This document shows, piece after piece, positions 35,266 to 47,417 of a stretch of 64,000 bases of DNA. Numbering within the stretch: the first letter of the stretch is position 1; the number at the start of each line of letters is the position of its first letter. The stretch is from contig OX597827.1 of NCBI GenBank assembly GCA_951406725.2, forward strand, positions 49,352,001-49,416,000, written 5' to 3'. A program made the translations under genes and the position numbers. The notes below the pieces were generated by a model. That model saw only the letters and a list, made by a program, of their open reading frames with translations, had not been told where the DNA came from and did no database searches. Source of the DNA: Octopus vulgaris (lineage: Eukaryota).

Positions 35266-36170
35266 TTAGTAAGAGTTAAGCGAGCTTAAGATAACACAGG
35301 GTCCAAGGGTGGAGTTGTTATGTAGCATGTTTGTGTGATGGACAGCTGCGATGAGATAGGTTAGTGCCTCAAAGAGATTAGGTTTAAAGGTTAGAAAGAA
35401 ATCAAGGCTAATCGTAATGTCTGTGTCGGTCAGAAATGCTTGTGAGGATGGTACAAATTGACATGGAGAATTACTAAAGAGTTGGCTTCCACAGCAGCAG
35501 CATAATAGGAAGAATTCAAGAGCACGAGTGGTTGTGAGCTTTGAAATCATATAGGATAATGACTTCGTGAAAGAAGGAAGTGAGAAATATGTCCTCAATA
35601 TAGGAGGTCTGATTAAATAGTTACTGGTAATAGGGAGTTAAGAGAGTATAGATTGTTAGTATGAGGTGGTGAGTGTAATTTAGGTTGGAACGAAGTCCGA
35701 AGATTTTAAAGAAGAGAATGGAAAATTGATCAGAGGAAACGTAAACGTTGACTAAGCGTCAGTAGGTCACAGTAACTCTGTCCAATGTATGGTTTGAATG
35801 CTTGAAGCAGAAGGAATTCCGCTAAAGGCTGATGGCCCGGCTGCTAATCCAAGGGTTGCTTTTAACAAGGATTTTGGAGAGAAGTGGAGTAAGTTAGATA
35901 TGTTAGTAGTTCAAGGATTTAGAAAAGCGACGCAAAAAGTGAATGTATTTGGATCAGTGGAAGAGGGGGACTTAGAGACAGAGTAGCTGGAAGCTTTTCT
36001 TGGTGTTCAAGCGAATAGTAAAAGAGTGGATTCTATGTAATAGGGATCACCATTTCTCAGAGAGAGATTCATGTGAATAGTATAGCCTGGACAGTAGACT
36101 AATGGACAGGGTTCAGAGTATTGTGCTTCGGACATGAATGCAATACGTGGTTCGCATGTTAGTGATAGCC
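35266..36170 (-). mobile_element. Possible highly decayed LINE endonuclease-region fragment
   Basis: Strand-biased composition typical of LINE ORFs, and IAFMSEAQ...CPGY resembling an AP-endonuclease N-terminus. Many stops. Confidence 0.35.
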
Positions 36171-36701
36171 AATAGTATATATCATGTGTGTGTGTAATTG
36201 AGTGTGTGCGATTTTTATGTTTGCGTGTTTGTATTCCCTATTTGGAGAGTAATTTACAGAGCTAGTTGGGGAGAGATTCACATAGAACTGAAGCAGAATA
36301 AGGTCTTTAAAACGAAAAACAAAACAAAACGAAATAATATGACATGCTCTATTTCCTGAATTCTCCAGTAATTCTAAATTGTATATTTGAAGGCCTTGTC
36401 CTTAGGAATAAGCATACAGTAGGTAGGTAGGCAGGCAGGTAGGGACAGAGAGACAGACAGATAGATAACACATGCAAAATCACATTGTGTATAAGAAAGA
36501 GAGAGAGATCATTTGTCCCATATGGAAATACTAAGTTTAAGACCTATAATAATACTTATGAGTTTAAATATTTCAGGCTTCTTTCAATTTCCATTTGTAT
36601 TGTTTGCTTAAATTATTCTTTTAATGTACTTTCCAAACTTTCTTTTTCTCCCCTCATTCTCTACCTTCACTCGTTATTCTTTAAAACAAGCATTAATATT
36701 A

Positions 36702-36726
36702 TTTTCTTTTGTTTTTCTCTTTACAG
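36702..36726 (+). promoter_or_regulatory. Candidate 3' splice acceptor for the GPCR coding exon
   Basis: Polypyrimidine tract ending in TTACAG (ttttcttttgtttttctctttacag), about 650 bp upstream of the ATG. Confidence 0.5.
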
Positions 36727-37378
36727 TTTGAAAGTCTCAGAAAATTTTGTGAAGCAAGTCTAAACCTACAACTACTATTACTACTACTACTACTACTACT
36801 AATAGTACATACCAGTGCTGGAAGTTCAGAGATCTAATTTGATGAGATCATGAGTTAAGATGCTGCTCCATATTAAATCTGAACATTGTTCATGACACTG
36901 AACGTATAGTTTCAAATATTGATACAGTCATTTAGCATTATATATATATATATATATTCATGAAAGATTCAACTGGAATAGGCTTATATTTAAACCTATT
37001 AAACACAGAAATATAGCATAACATACGTTATATAGAAAACACACGTATAATATACAATATCCAAACATTTACTTATGTAAAGATATATGTATGTGTGCGT
37101 GTGTGTATGTAGGTATGTATGTTGGTGAGATTCAACAGAAATAGGCTTATATATAAGCCTATTAGGCATAGAAATATAGCCACAATATACGTCATACATA
37201 CATTAAACGCATTACATATGTATGTAAAATTAAATAATATATATTTATTTATCTATAATTGAAATATAAAGGAAGGCTAAAAAGTGAATCGGACTTCCTA
37301 CCGTCCAAAAGGTTTTGTTGAGGCCTTTTTTCCCCACAATCATTTTCTATTGATATTGATTTTGTATCAAACGAAATC

Positions 37379-38620
37379 ATGTCAGCCAATGGAAACCCCG
37401 GATTACCGGGCTCAATTGATTTTCTACCAGAGGGCTGTAATGTCACTGAAGATGACATCCTGATAAAAAGCTCCGTACAAGGACTGTACGAATTCAGCGA
37501 ACGCTACGCCGAGATACACGGATATGTGAGCGCCATAGTATGTACATTCGGTTTCATGGCGAATTTGGCAAACATTGTGTGCCTAACTCGGCGAAATATG
37601 ATCTCACCGACCAATTTAATCTTGACGTGGCTTGCCGTAGCTGACATGTTGACGATGATGTCTTATTTCCCATTTGCCCTTCATTACTACATTCTCCGTG
37701 ACAGAGACATTCCACGCTTGCACACACGTAGCTACGGCTGGATTGTGCTCTTATTGTTCCATGCCAATTTTACCATTGTAACACACACCATTGCCATTGG
37801 ACTTACTATAGCATTGGCAATATTTCGATATATATACATTTGTTTTCCCGTCAGGGGCAGTGAACTTTGCAGCATAAAACGTTCCAAGCAGACCATTTTA
37901 ATTGTACACCTGAGCACAATAGTCGTTTGTATTCCAAACTATATTTTAAATACCATCGAAGAATCTCCTCCAACCGGCCAATTTTACAGATATGTTCCCA
38001 CAAGACGTAACCTCTCTGAACTAAGCAACGTCAGTTCGATTCCCAGCCAGGAATACAGCTACAAGATAGGTACGAGCAGCTATATGTTCTCACACATCAT
38101 TCAAACTATAAACAATTGGGTGCAGGCCATTCTCATCAAGCTGGTGCCGTGCGTCACTCTTACCATTCTTACCATCATGCTCATTGTGGTGATGCATAAA
38201 GCCTACAAAAAGAGAATGAAGCTGAAGTCTCAAGGACGCAAAGATGAATCGGACCGCCATGGAGAACACAATCGAACCACAGGAATGCTATTGGCGGTTG
38301 TAATGCTGTTTCTATTGACTGAACTACCGCAAGGAATATTAACACTTCTAAGTAGCTTCATCGACAACTTTTTCCCCTGCGTCTACATGCCTCTTGGAGA
38401 CGTCCTTGATATCATGGCACTCTGTAATAATGCTATTAATTTTGTACTCTACTGTACTATGAGTCGCCTGTTCCGCGAGACATTCGTGGCGACGTTCTTC
38501 AACTGCTGTCCGCAAAGACCAGGTTGGTTGAAGTTGAAGCTCATTACGGCCACTCAGTCTAGTAATACAGCCACAACAGTAAATAACCATAGCAACAACA
38601 CAAAGACGACCAACGTGTAA
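37379..38620 (+). CDS. Intronless class A neuropeptide GPCR, myosuppressin receptor / DMSR-1 (sex-peptide-receptor-like) family, 413 aa
   Basis: Seven hydrophobic segments. Family motifs: IHGYVSAIVCTFGFMANLANIVCLTRRNMISPTNLILTWLAVADML, HTIAIGLTIALAIFRY (DRY position), NRTTGMLLAVVMLFLLTELPQGI, GDVLDIMALCNNAINFVLYCTMSRLFRETF. N-glycosylation sequons and a Ser/Thr-rich tail are present. Confidence 0.95.
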   Translation: MSANGNPGLPGSIDFLPEGCNVTEDDILIKSSVQGLYEFSERYAEIHGYVSAIVCTFGFMANLANIVCLTRRNMISPTNLILTWLAVADMLTMMSYFPFALHYYILRDRDIPRLHTRSYGWIVLLLFHANFTIVTHTIAIGLTIALAIFRYIYICFPVRGSELCSIKRSKQTILIVHLSTIVVCIPNYILNTIEESPPTGQFYRYVPTRRNLSELSNVSSIPSQEYSYKIGTSSYMFSHIIQTINNWVQAILIKLVPCVTLTILTIMLIVVMHKAYKKRMKLKSQGRKDESDRHGEHNRTTGMLLAVVMLFLLTELPQGILTLLSSFIDNFFPCVYMPLGDVLDIMALCNNAINFVLYCTMSRLFRETFVATFFNCCPQRPGWLKLKLITATQSSNTATTVNNHSNNTKTTNV

Positions 38621-38933
38621 AATTTTCATTTTAAAAAATACACAAAATATGGAAAAATGAATGAAATAAAATAAAGTACTATAGAAGTAATGTGGAAACA
38701 ATGTGAAAACTGTACAATCTGGAAAATAATAAATGTAGATGGAGAAAGAAAAGAAATATGCCCATTTGGCTTAATGTGACTACACCGTGACGAGGGAAAT
38801 CCACCCTCTGACTATCACACATCATATATAGAGAGACAATTGAGAGATATGCCACTGAGATATATCATACATATTTCAAATATCAGAAAATAATACTAAC
38901 TTCAGCATATTCTGACTACAATATTTATCGAAA

Positions 38934-39315
38934 GAAGATCATTACGATTAATTACCCCTAGTAACCCAGCCACCACAGTGAATAACCATAGAAAGGTGAC
39001 CAACGTTAAATTTCTAAGTTCTAAGAAGAAAAAAGTTTAACAATGAATAAAATACAAAAAAAAACAAATCTTTTAAAATGACAATTTTGAAAATGATAAT
39101 TTTGAAAATGATAATTTGGGAAGCGAAAACAAAAAGAGGAATAAGAATGTCCATTACCTCACATTGATATCTTGTTGCGAGCAGTTTGGCCATTGAGGGT
39201 AAAACAGAAATGATCAGAGAATATTGAAAAATATGCCACTAAGAAGATATGTGACCAATATCTTAAAACGTGTGAATTTAGTGAACGATAACTTCACCAC
39301 GATGTAACAGTACAA
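38934..39315 (+). repeat. Diverged tandem duplicate of the GPCR 3' CDS end and proximal 3' UTR (38536-38921)
   Basis: Collinear blocks gaag.tcattacg, ctagtaa..cagccac.acagt.aataaccatag, gaccaacgt, atatgccact.ag and taacttca.ca. The offset is 398 bp at the start. Confidence 0.75.
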
Positions 39316-39329
39316 GGACTAAAATGTAC

Positions 39330-39462
39330 ACATGTACACAGTGTTAGTAGTTATATATATTTATATGTATATAAATATACACACACACACACATATATAT
39401 ATATACACATATATATATACACACACACATATATATATACACACACATATATATATATACAG

Positions 39463-39495
<33 letters not shown>

Positions 39496-39618
39496 AACAT
39501 ATACATATACAGTCATATATATATACATATATATATATACACACATATACATATACAGTCATATATATATATACACATATATATACACACATATACATAT
39601 ATATACACATATACAGTC

Positions 39619-39653
<35 letters not shown>

Positions 39654-39656
39654 GTC

Positions 39657-39690
<34 letters not shown>

Positions 39691-39930
39691 GCATATATAT
39701 ACACACATATACATATACAGTCATATATATACACATATTTACATATACACATATACATACACACATATATATGCATACACATGCAGATATACATATATAC
39801 AGATATACCTATGTATACATGCACACACATGCATACGCACACATAGACACACGTACTTATATACATACACGTACATATGCACAGACGTGCATATGCACAT
39901 GCATGCACACACACACACACATACACACAC
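39330..39930. repeat. Compound (TA)n/(CA)n low-complexity array
   Basis: Direct inspection, with recurrent tacagtcata interruptions. Confidence 0.9.
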
Positions 39931-41059
39931 GAAATTCTATTAACATTTAAGAAACAAACCCTGAGTTTTCAATAATGATGCCAAGAGAATGACTTCGGAG
40001 ATAATATTTTTTGTATGATTTTGTTGTTGCTGTTATTGTTGTTGTTATTACTATATACCCCCCTCAACCACACGTCCATTCCATTGCATATTCACAAGCA
40101 GTAAAAACTTTCAATGCCAAACACATTCATAAAATACAAATATTTACGCATTGAAACGCAAGATGATATTATACAAACACTTTAAACACACCACAGAGCA
40201 ATGCACACATACATTATATATATGTATATATATTGTGCAGTGGCGTACAAGCGCGGACAGTAATGTAAACTAATTTTCAATTTAATATAAACATTTTAAT
40301 GTAATACACACAAATGGATATACATCTTAAGTAAAAGAACAATTAGGTCCAGCTGTAGGATATTGGAAGGAGAAAACGATATCAAATGCTTATCACTGAA
40401 TTGTATAACTCCTTAATTTCGCTAAGTCAAGTGTGACCGAGAAAAAGTTCCTTCTCCCTGCATGTGTATACATGTATATGTAAACACACAAACACACACA
40501 TTATGTATAAATAATGTCGTATTCTTATTTATACAACACAATATATGCACACACACACACACACACGTAAAGATGCACAGAGATAGGGAAATAGTCATAA
40601 AATCGACATACTTACATGCTTATGTGTATATATATCATATATATACATACACACAGAGACATATATAGAGATGTGTGTGTGTGTGTGTGTGTGTGTGTCT
40701 GTGTAACAGATATGTAAAATATGTAACATATAATCATATAGATTAACAAACACAGATAGAAATACACATATTTACACAGAATCTCACATTTCAATATTCA
40801 ACTATAACCTTGATTGAACTAGAAAACAACATACGATATTTATGAAGATAATAAAGATGTGGAAAGCAAAATGATATATTATTCGTGGAAAATAAACATG
40901 TTCCAAGCAAACAAATTAAAAACATATCAACAGAGAATTAAACAAACAATATTCTATGTATGCACTCTCTTGTATTGAAGCATTTCTTCCTGTATTCCAA
41001 TCAAGCAGCTCGGAGATGGAATTGGCAAATCCAATTTTAGATATATTATTGCATAAAGA

Positions 41060-41077
41060 CATATGTATGTATATATT

Positions 41078-41122
<45 letters not shown>

Positions 41123-41243
41123 GTGAATATGTGTATGTATATGCATATGTATATATATATATATATATATATCTGTGAATATGTGTATGTATATGCATAT
41201 GTATATATATATATCTGTGAATATGTGTATGTATATGCATATG

Positions 41244-41274
<31 letters not shown>

Positions 41275-41576
41275 GTATATATCATACATATACATATATG
41301 TATATATTTTATGATACATATATACATATGTATATTTATATATGCATACACATATGTATATATATACACATAAGTATATATGTGCATATATAATATATAT
41401 ATATACAAATATATACATATGTATGTATATATATACATGCATATATATATATGCATATCTGTATATATATATATATATATATCTGTATATATATGTATAT
41501 ATGTATATCTGTATATATATATATATGTATATCTGTATATATATATGTGTGTGTATATATGTATACATATGTATAA

Positions 41577-41613
<37 letters not shown>

Positions 41614-41690
41614 AGTATACGTATATACATATATATGTATATATATACGTATATGTATATAAATGTATGTATGTATATGCATATACATAC

Positions 41691-41724
<34 letters not shown>

Positions 41725-41750
41725 GCATATGTATTTATTTATATTATATA
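41060..41750. repeat. Compound (TA)n/(TG)n array with three ctgtgaatatgtgtatgtatatgcatatg units
   Basis: Direct inspection. Confidence 0.9.
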
Positions 41751-42250
41751 GAGGGCACTATTACACATAGATGCCTCACGCTAGGAGGGACTCATGAAGT
41801 CAAAACTACTAAAATAAATAAACACATCGTACCGAATCCAATTCTCGAAGCAGGTCATTTAAAAACAGAATTTAGTCGCATATCACACTGTGATTTCGTA
41901 ATCGGTGTAGTTTTATGCACTTTTTACTCCTCAGTGCAAGCATAATTCAAGATATATAGTGAATAAGCAAAAACAACATACCAGACGAAAACTATCGTAA
42001 CCAACGCAGCATGTGGAAATGTTTACCTCTTACTCATCTATGTAAATGGCGGGCTTTTTCGAATTGCATTTCGGTAACAACGTGCATATTCGGAATAAAG
42101 ATTCAATATTGATTATACTCCGGTTAAATTTAAATTGTACATATATATATATATATATATATATGCATATATGCATATATATGTGCATATATATATACAC
42201 ATATAAACATGTGTCTACATGTGCATATATGTATATATATATGTTTATGC

Positions 42251-42298
<48 letters not shown>

Positions 42299-42411
42299 AT
42301 ACATATATGTATGTATGTGTGTGTGTATATATATATGTATGTATATATCTATGCCTATATATACACCTATTTTGCGCATGTAAGTGTGCGTATATAGATA
42401 TGCGTCTTATA

Positions 42412-42766
42412 GGCGCTGGAATGGCTGTGTGGTAAGTAGCTTGCTTACCAACCACATTGTTCCAGGTGCAGTCCTACTGTGTAGCACCTTGAGCAAGTGT
42501 CTTCTACTATAGCCTCGGGCTGACCAAATATTTGTGAGTGGATTTGGTAGAAGGAAAACTGAAAGACGCCCATCGTGAATGTATATATATATATATATAT
42601 ATATATGCTGGTGTGGCTGTGTTTGTCCCCCAATATCACTTCACCACCGATAATGGTGTGTTTACGTCTCCGTTACCAGGCGGTTCGGCAAAAGAAACCA
42701 ATAAACTAAGTACTAGGCTTACAAATAATAAGTGCTGGAATCGATTTGATCGACCGAAGTCGGTTC
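42412..42766 (+). mobile_element. SINE family A, diverged
   Basis: Collinear with 56828-57229. Confidence 0.8.
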
Positions 42767-43166
42767 TCCATATATTTATGTATGTATATTTGTATATTAA
42801 TGTATGCATATATATGTATGTATATATATGTATGTGTATATATATGCACATATAAGTATACATCTATACACATGTATATATCTATATATACGTATCTATC
42901 AGGATATATACATATATATGTATATCTATGTATATATATATGTATATATATATATATGTGTGTGTGTGTGTATATATGTATACATATGTATATATAAATA
43001 TATATGTATATATATGTGTGAATGTATATATATACATATATATATATACATATATACACATGTATATATAATTATGTATATATACATGTATATGTATATA
43101 TACTTATGAATATATATAATGTATATATATATATGTACATATATACATATATACATATATATGTAT

Positions 43167-43375
43167 GGGGAAGAATTCACAAAAAAACAAAAGATGAAGA
43201 CATGGTGGAGACAACAAACAGATGTATTAGTATAACGCTAGGGAAGTGAGAAAGTCTGTGACGTTTTGAGCCTACGCTCTTACACAGAAAGGAACAGAGA
43301 AAGAAACAAACACAGAAACTAAAGAATGCGTAGTGGCTAGCAATCTATCATGGCGAAGGCCGGACAGAAGGTTAT
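43167..43375 (-). mobile_element. Penelope-terminus fragment with degenerate hammerhead (43256-43291), embedded in (TA)n
   Basis: Homologous to 493-660. Minus strand reads CTTT CTGTGTA A GAGC-GTAG-GCTC AAA ACGT C ACAG. Confidence 0.65.
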
Positions 43376-43553
43376 GTATATATACATATATATAGATATA
43401 TATCTATATATACATATATATGTATATATACATACATATGTGTGAGTGTGTATATATAAATGCATTATTTTATGTTTCAGTCAAATGACTGCTGCCATGC
43501 TGGAACACCGCCATTATATATATGTGTGTGTGTGTGTGTGTGTATGTGTGTGT

Positions 43554-43770
43554 AGGCGCGTGGCTTGGTGGTTAGGGTCTCAGCACTATCATGGTAAGAT
43601 TGTGGTTTCGATTCCTGGACAGGGCGACGCGTTGTGTTCTTCAGCAAAACACTTCATTTCACGTTGCACCATGCAGCTGGCAAAAATGAGTAACGCTCCG
43701 ATGGACTGGTGTTCCGTCCAGCTGGGGATAGAAACCGGGAAACCGGGCCCATGAGCCTGGCTAGGCTTTC
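43554..43770 (+). mobile_element. SINE family C
   Basis: Homologous to the reverse complement of 12405-12645. Confidence 0.7.
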
Positions 43771-43796
43771 AAAGGGCTCATTTATTACCTATCTAT

Positions 43797-43835
<39 letters not shown>

Positions 43836-44161
43836 TCTATATGTATACATATATACGTATATATATGTATATATTCATATATACATACAAATAGGTATAC
43901 ATGCATGTATACATACATATATGTATAGATACATGTATATACACATTTGTATATATAAATGTATACATAAAAGAAGGATAACCACTAGGTGGACATCCAT
44001 TATGCTAGAAGTCGACCCTCTATGGTCTTACCACTAAGAAAGTAATGTGCTCAAGAAAATTTAGCAAATGCCAGAACGTAAGCAAAATGGATGTCCACTT
44101 AGAGGTCATCCCTCTTCTATATATGTACTATAATTTTTCTGAATCTTCAGATTTTTCTATA

Positions 44162-44572
44162 TGTGTGGTAAGTAGCTTGCTTTTAGCAACCACATGGTTC
44201 CGGGTTCAGTCCCACTGCGTGGCACCTTAGGCAAGTGTCTTCTACTATAGCCTCGGGCCGACCAAAGCCTTGTGAGAGGATTTGGTAGACGGAAACTTAA
44301 AGAAGCCCGTCGTATATATGTATATATATATGTATGCGTGTATGTTTGTGTGTGTATCTTTGTGTGTCTGTAGCATTTTGTGTCCCCTAGCATTGCTTGA
44401 CAACCGATGCTGCTGTGTTTATGTCCCCGTCACTTAGCGGTTCGGCAAAAGAGACCGATAAAATAAGTACTGGGCTTACAAAGAATAGGTCCCGGGGTCG
44501 AGTTGCTCGATTAAAGGCGGTACTCCAGCATGGCCTCAGTCAAATGACTGAAACAAAGAAAAGAGTAAGAGT
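44162..44572 (+). mobile_element. SINE family A, nearly full
   Basis: Collinear with 56828-57229. Confidence 0.9.
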
Positions 44573-44588
44573 ATATATATCTCACATA

Positions 44589-44630
<42 letters not shown>

Positions 44631-45549
44631 CGTGTAAATGTCTATGTGTTTATGTATATATGCATATATTTGTGTGTATATATGTATGTGCATATATACA
44701 TTGATATATATATATAGACATGTGTATATGTTTGTGAAAATGTATTTGTACGTAAACGTTAGTGTGTGTGTGTGTGTGTGTGCGTGTGTATATGTATTGT
44801 TGAACAAGTTGTCTTACATCACATATTCCCTGTGTGAACAAAAGGATACACAGTTTATATTTATTTATAGACGAAAACAGAAATTATAAATGAATGGTCG
44901 CGGAGAAATATTTATTTACATGATATTAATTTCTCAATTTTGGCCAGCTGACAGATTGCCGTGGTAAATTAAATTTTAGTTTTTGCACTTGATTTGACCT
45001 TTAAATATGTATAGAGGGAAAATAAAATATTCTATAAACACTTGTATTTATTGTAGATAATATAGGTTTGCATTGTATTTTACGTATATGACGCATAGTC
45101 AATATTGAAATTTAATGGTCATTTAAAAAGAGGATTTCTAGCAACGTTAAAGTGGGTTATATGTGTAGCTGTTTGTGTGTGTTCGTTGCTATATACATGC
45201 ATAGCAATAAATAACTAGTAATGGTTCCATAAAATTCTTTGTATGATATGGTTTTTGGCAATGTGACAACGAGTCATGGTTGTATACTAATAATCTTTTC
45301 TAGGCGGAACACACACAGAATAAGGAAAAATAATCGGCGATTTAAGAGATTTGATTAATATCGACCAAAACGTTTTCTCGGCAGATACGAAGAGAAAATA
45401 GGATCAAAATAAGATATATACACGCTTGAATATACACTGAAATGTTGAAGTATATGTGTGGGTTTGTATAAACACACGCACAAACATAGTGTATATGCAT
45501 ATATACATGTGTATACACACGCGCACGCATTCATGTGTATATACATACA

Positions 45550-46277
45550 TACATATACCTACTTGTATAAATACACATACATATCCCTACTTGTATATAT
45601 ACACACATACATATCCCTACATGTATATATACACACATACATATACATACATGTATATAAACACACATACATATACATACATGTATATAAACACACATAC
45701 ATATACATACATGTATATAAACACACATACATATACATACATGTATATAAACACACATACATACATGTATATAAAAACATACATATACATGCATGTATAT
45801 ATACATGTGTATATACATATGTATATATATATATATATGCATATATACATATGTATATATATATATATGCATTATATATATATGCATAAATACATTCCAT
45901 TATTCTTTTCTCATTTGTCTGCGGCCAAACTGGAACACCGCCTTGAAGGGTTTTTCAATCAAAGAAATCAACCTTTGGAATTATTTTTTGTATGCCTAGC
46001 ACTTACGCTATTGGTCTCTTCTGCTCACCCGCTAATTTGCGGTGACGTAAACGCACCTACATCGGTTGTCAGGTGATGGAGGGGAACAAACAGACACAAA
46101 GGCACACACTCATATATATATATATATACATGTATGTATATATATGTGTGTGTGTGTGTGTGTGCACTTGTATATGTATATGTACACTTGCATGTATATA
46201 TGTGTGTGTGTGTGTGTATGTGTGTGTATGTATATGTGTGTGTGTGTATGTATGTATATATATATATATATATGTAT

Positions 46278-46309
<32 letters not shown>

Positions 46310-46358
46310 GTGTGTGTTATATATATATATATATATATATATTATGTGTGTGTGTATG

Positions 46359-46389
<31 letters not shown>

Positions 46390-46422
46390 ATGTATATATA
46401 TATATATATGTATATGTGTATG

Positions 46423-46463
<41 letters not shown>

Positions 46464-46611
46464 GTGTGTGTGTGTATGTATATATATATATATATATATG
46501 TATATAAATATGATATATATATGTGTGTGTGTGTGTATATGTATATATATATATAAATATATATGTATATAAATATATATATATAAATGTGTGTGAATAT
46601 ATACACATATA

Positions 46612-46658
<47 letters not shown>

Positions 46659-46753
46659 GTGTGTGTATATATACACATATATATATATATATAAATGTAT
46701 ATATATATATAAATGTGTGTATATATATATGTGTGTATATAAATATATATAAA

Positions 46754-46808
<55 letters not shown>

Positions 46809-46825
46809 CTGTGTGTGTGTATATA
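45550..46825. repeat. 30-bp minisatellite (45560-45770), reverse SINE A tail (45898-46105) and long compound (TA)n/(TG)n array
   Basis: Unit acacacatacatatacatacatgtatataa. SINE tail landmarks appear in reverse orientation. Confidence 0.85.
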
Positions 46826-46860
46826 ACAAAATAAATTTGTAAGATACCGCACGAGTGGAA

Positions 46861-47375
46861 ATATATATGAAAGAAGGTTTGAAGATGCAATTTTAAAGAT
46901 CTTTATCCACTTGACCGGTTTCACTTTTTTAGAAAAAGATTGTCGAAAGTAAATTGTAAAGCGTTATATGAGCTTTGTTGTGTTAAGTACTGGTTGTCAC
47001 AAAAGTATTAAAAATAGATATTCATTCTTTAATAATATTAAGAAAATAATCAGAACGGGACTCCAAACAGTGTTTTGAGTTCAATAAAAATCATGTTTGT
47101 TTAGTAGTATATATATATATATATATACACACAGAAGGAGATATATTTAAGAATTTACAAAAAACTGTTGAGTAATAACTGACATGTAGGTACACACAAG
47201 ACAAAATGTCAGAAAGGCAAAGTGTGTATATCTGTATTTTAATACGCATGTGACAACCAGTACTTAACACAAAAAGCTCATACAAAGCTTTACATTTTAC
47301 TTTTGACAATCTTTTTCTAAAGAAGTGAAACCGGTCAAGTGAATAAACATCTTTAAAATTGCATTTTCAAACCTC

Positions 47376-47387
<12 letters not shown>
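46861..47387. repeat. Inverted repeat (~160-bp arms 46861-47021 and 47228-47387), each arm with a hammerhead motif
   Basis: Arms are diverged reverse complements bounded by (TA)n. Confidence 0.85.
47296..47343 (+). ncRNA. Minimal type I hammerhead motif, U3-A8 variant
   Basis: TTTACTT | TTGACAA | T CTTTTT-CTA-AAGAAG T | GAA | ACCGGT | C | AAGTGAA. The mirror copy at 46908-46953(-) has U4C. Confidence 0.65.

Positions 47388-47417
<30 letters not shown>

Noticed and set aside
37732-38701. Antisense ORFs overlapping the GPCR
   Set aside because: Short shadow frames of the real CDS with no motifs.
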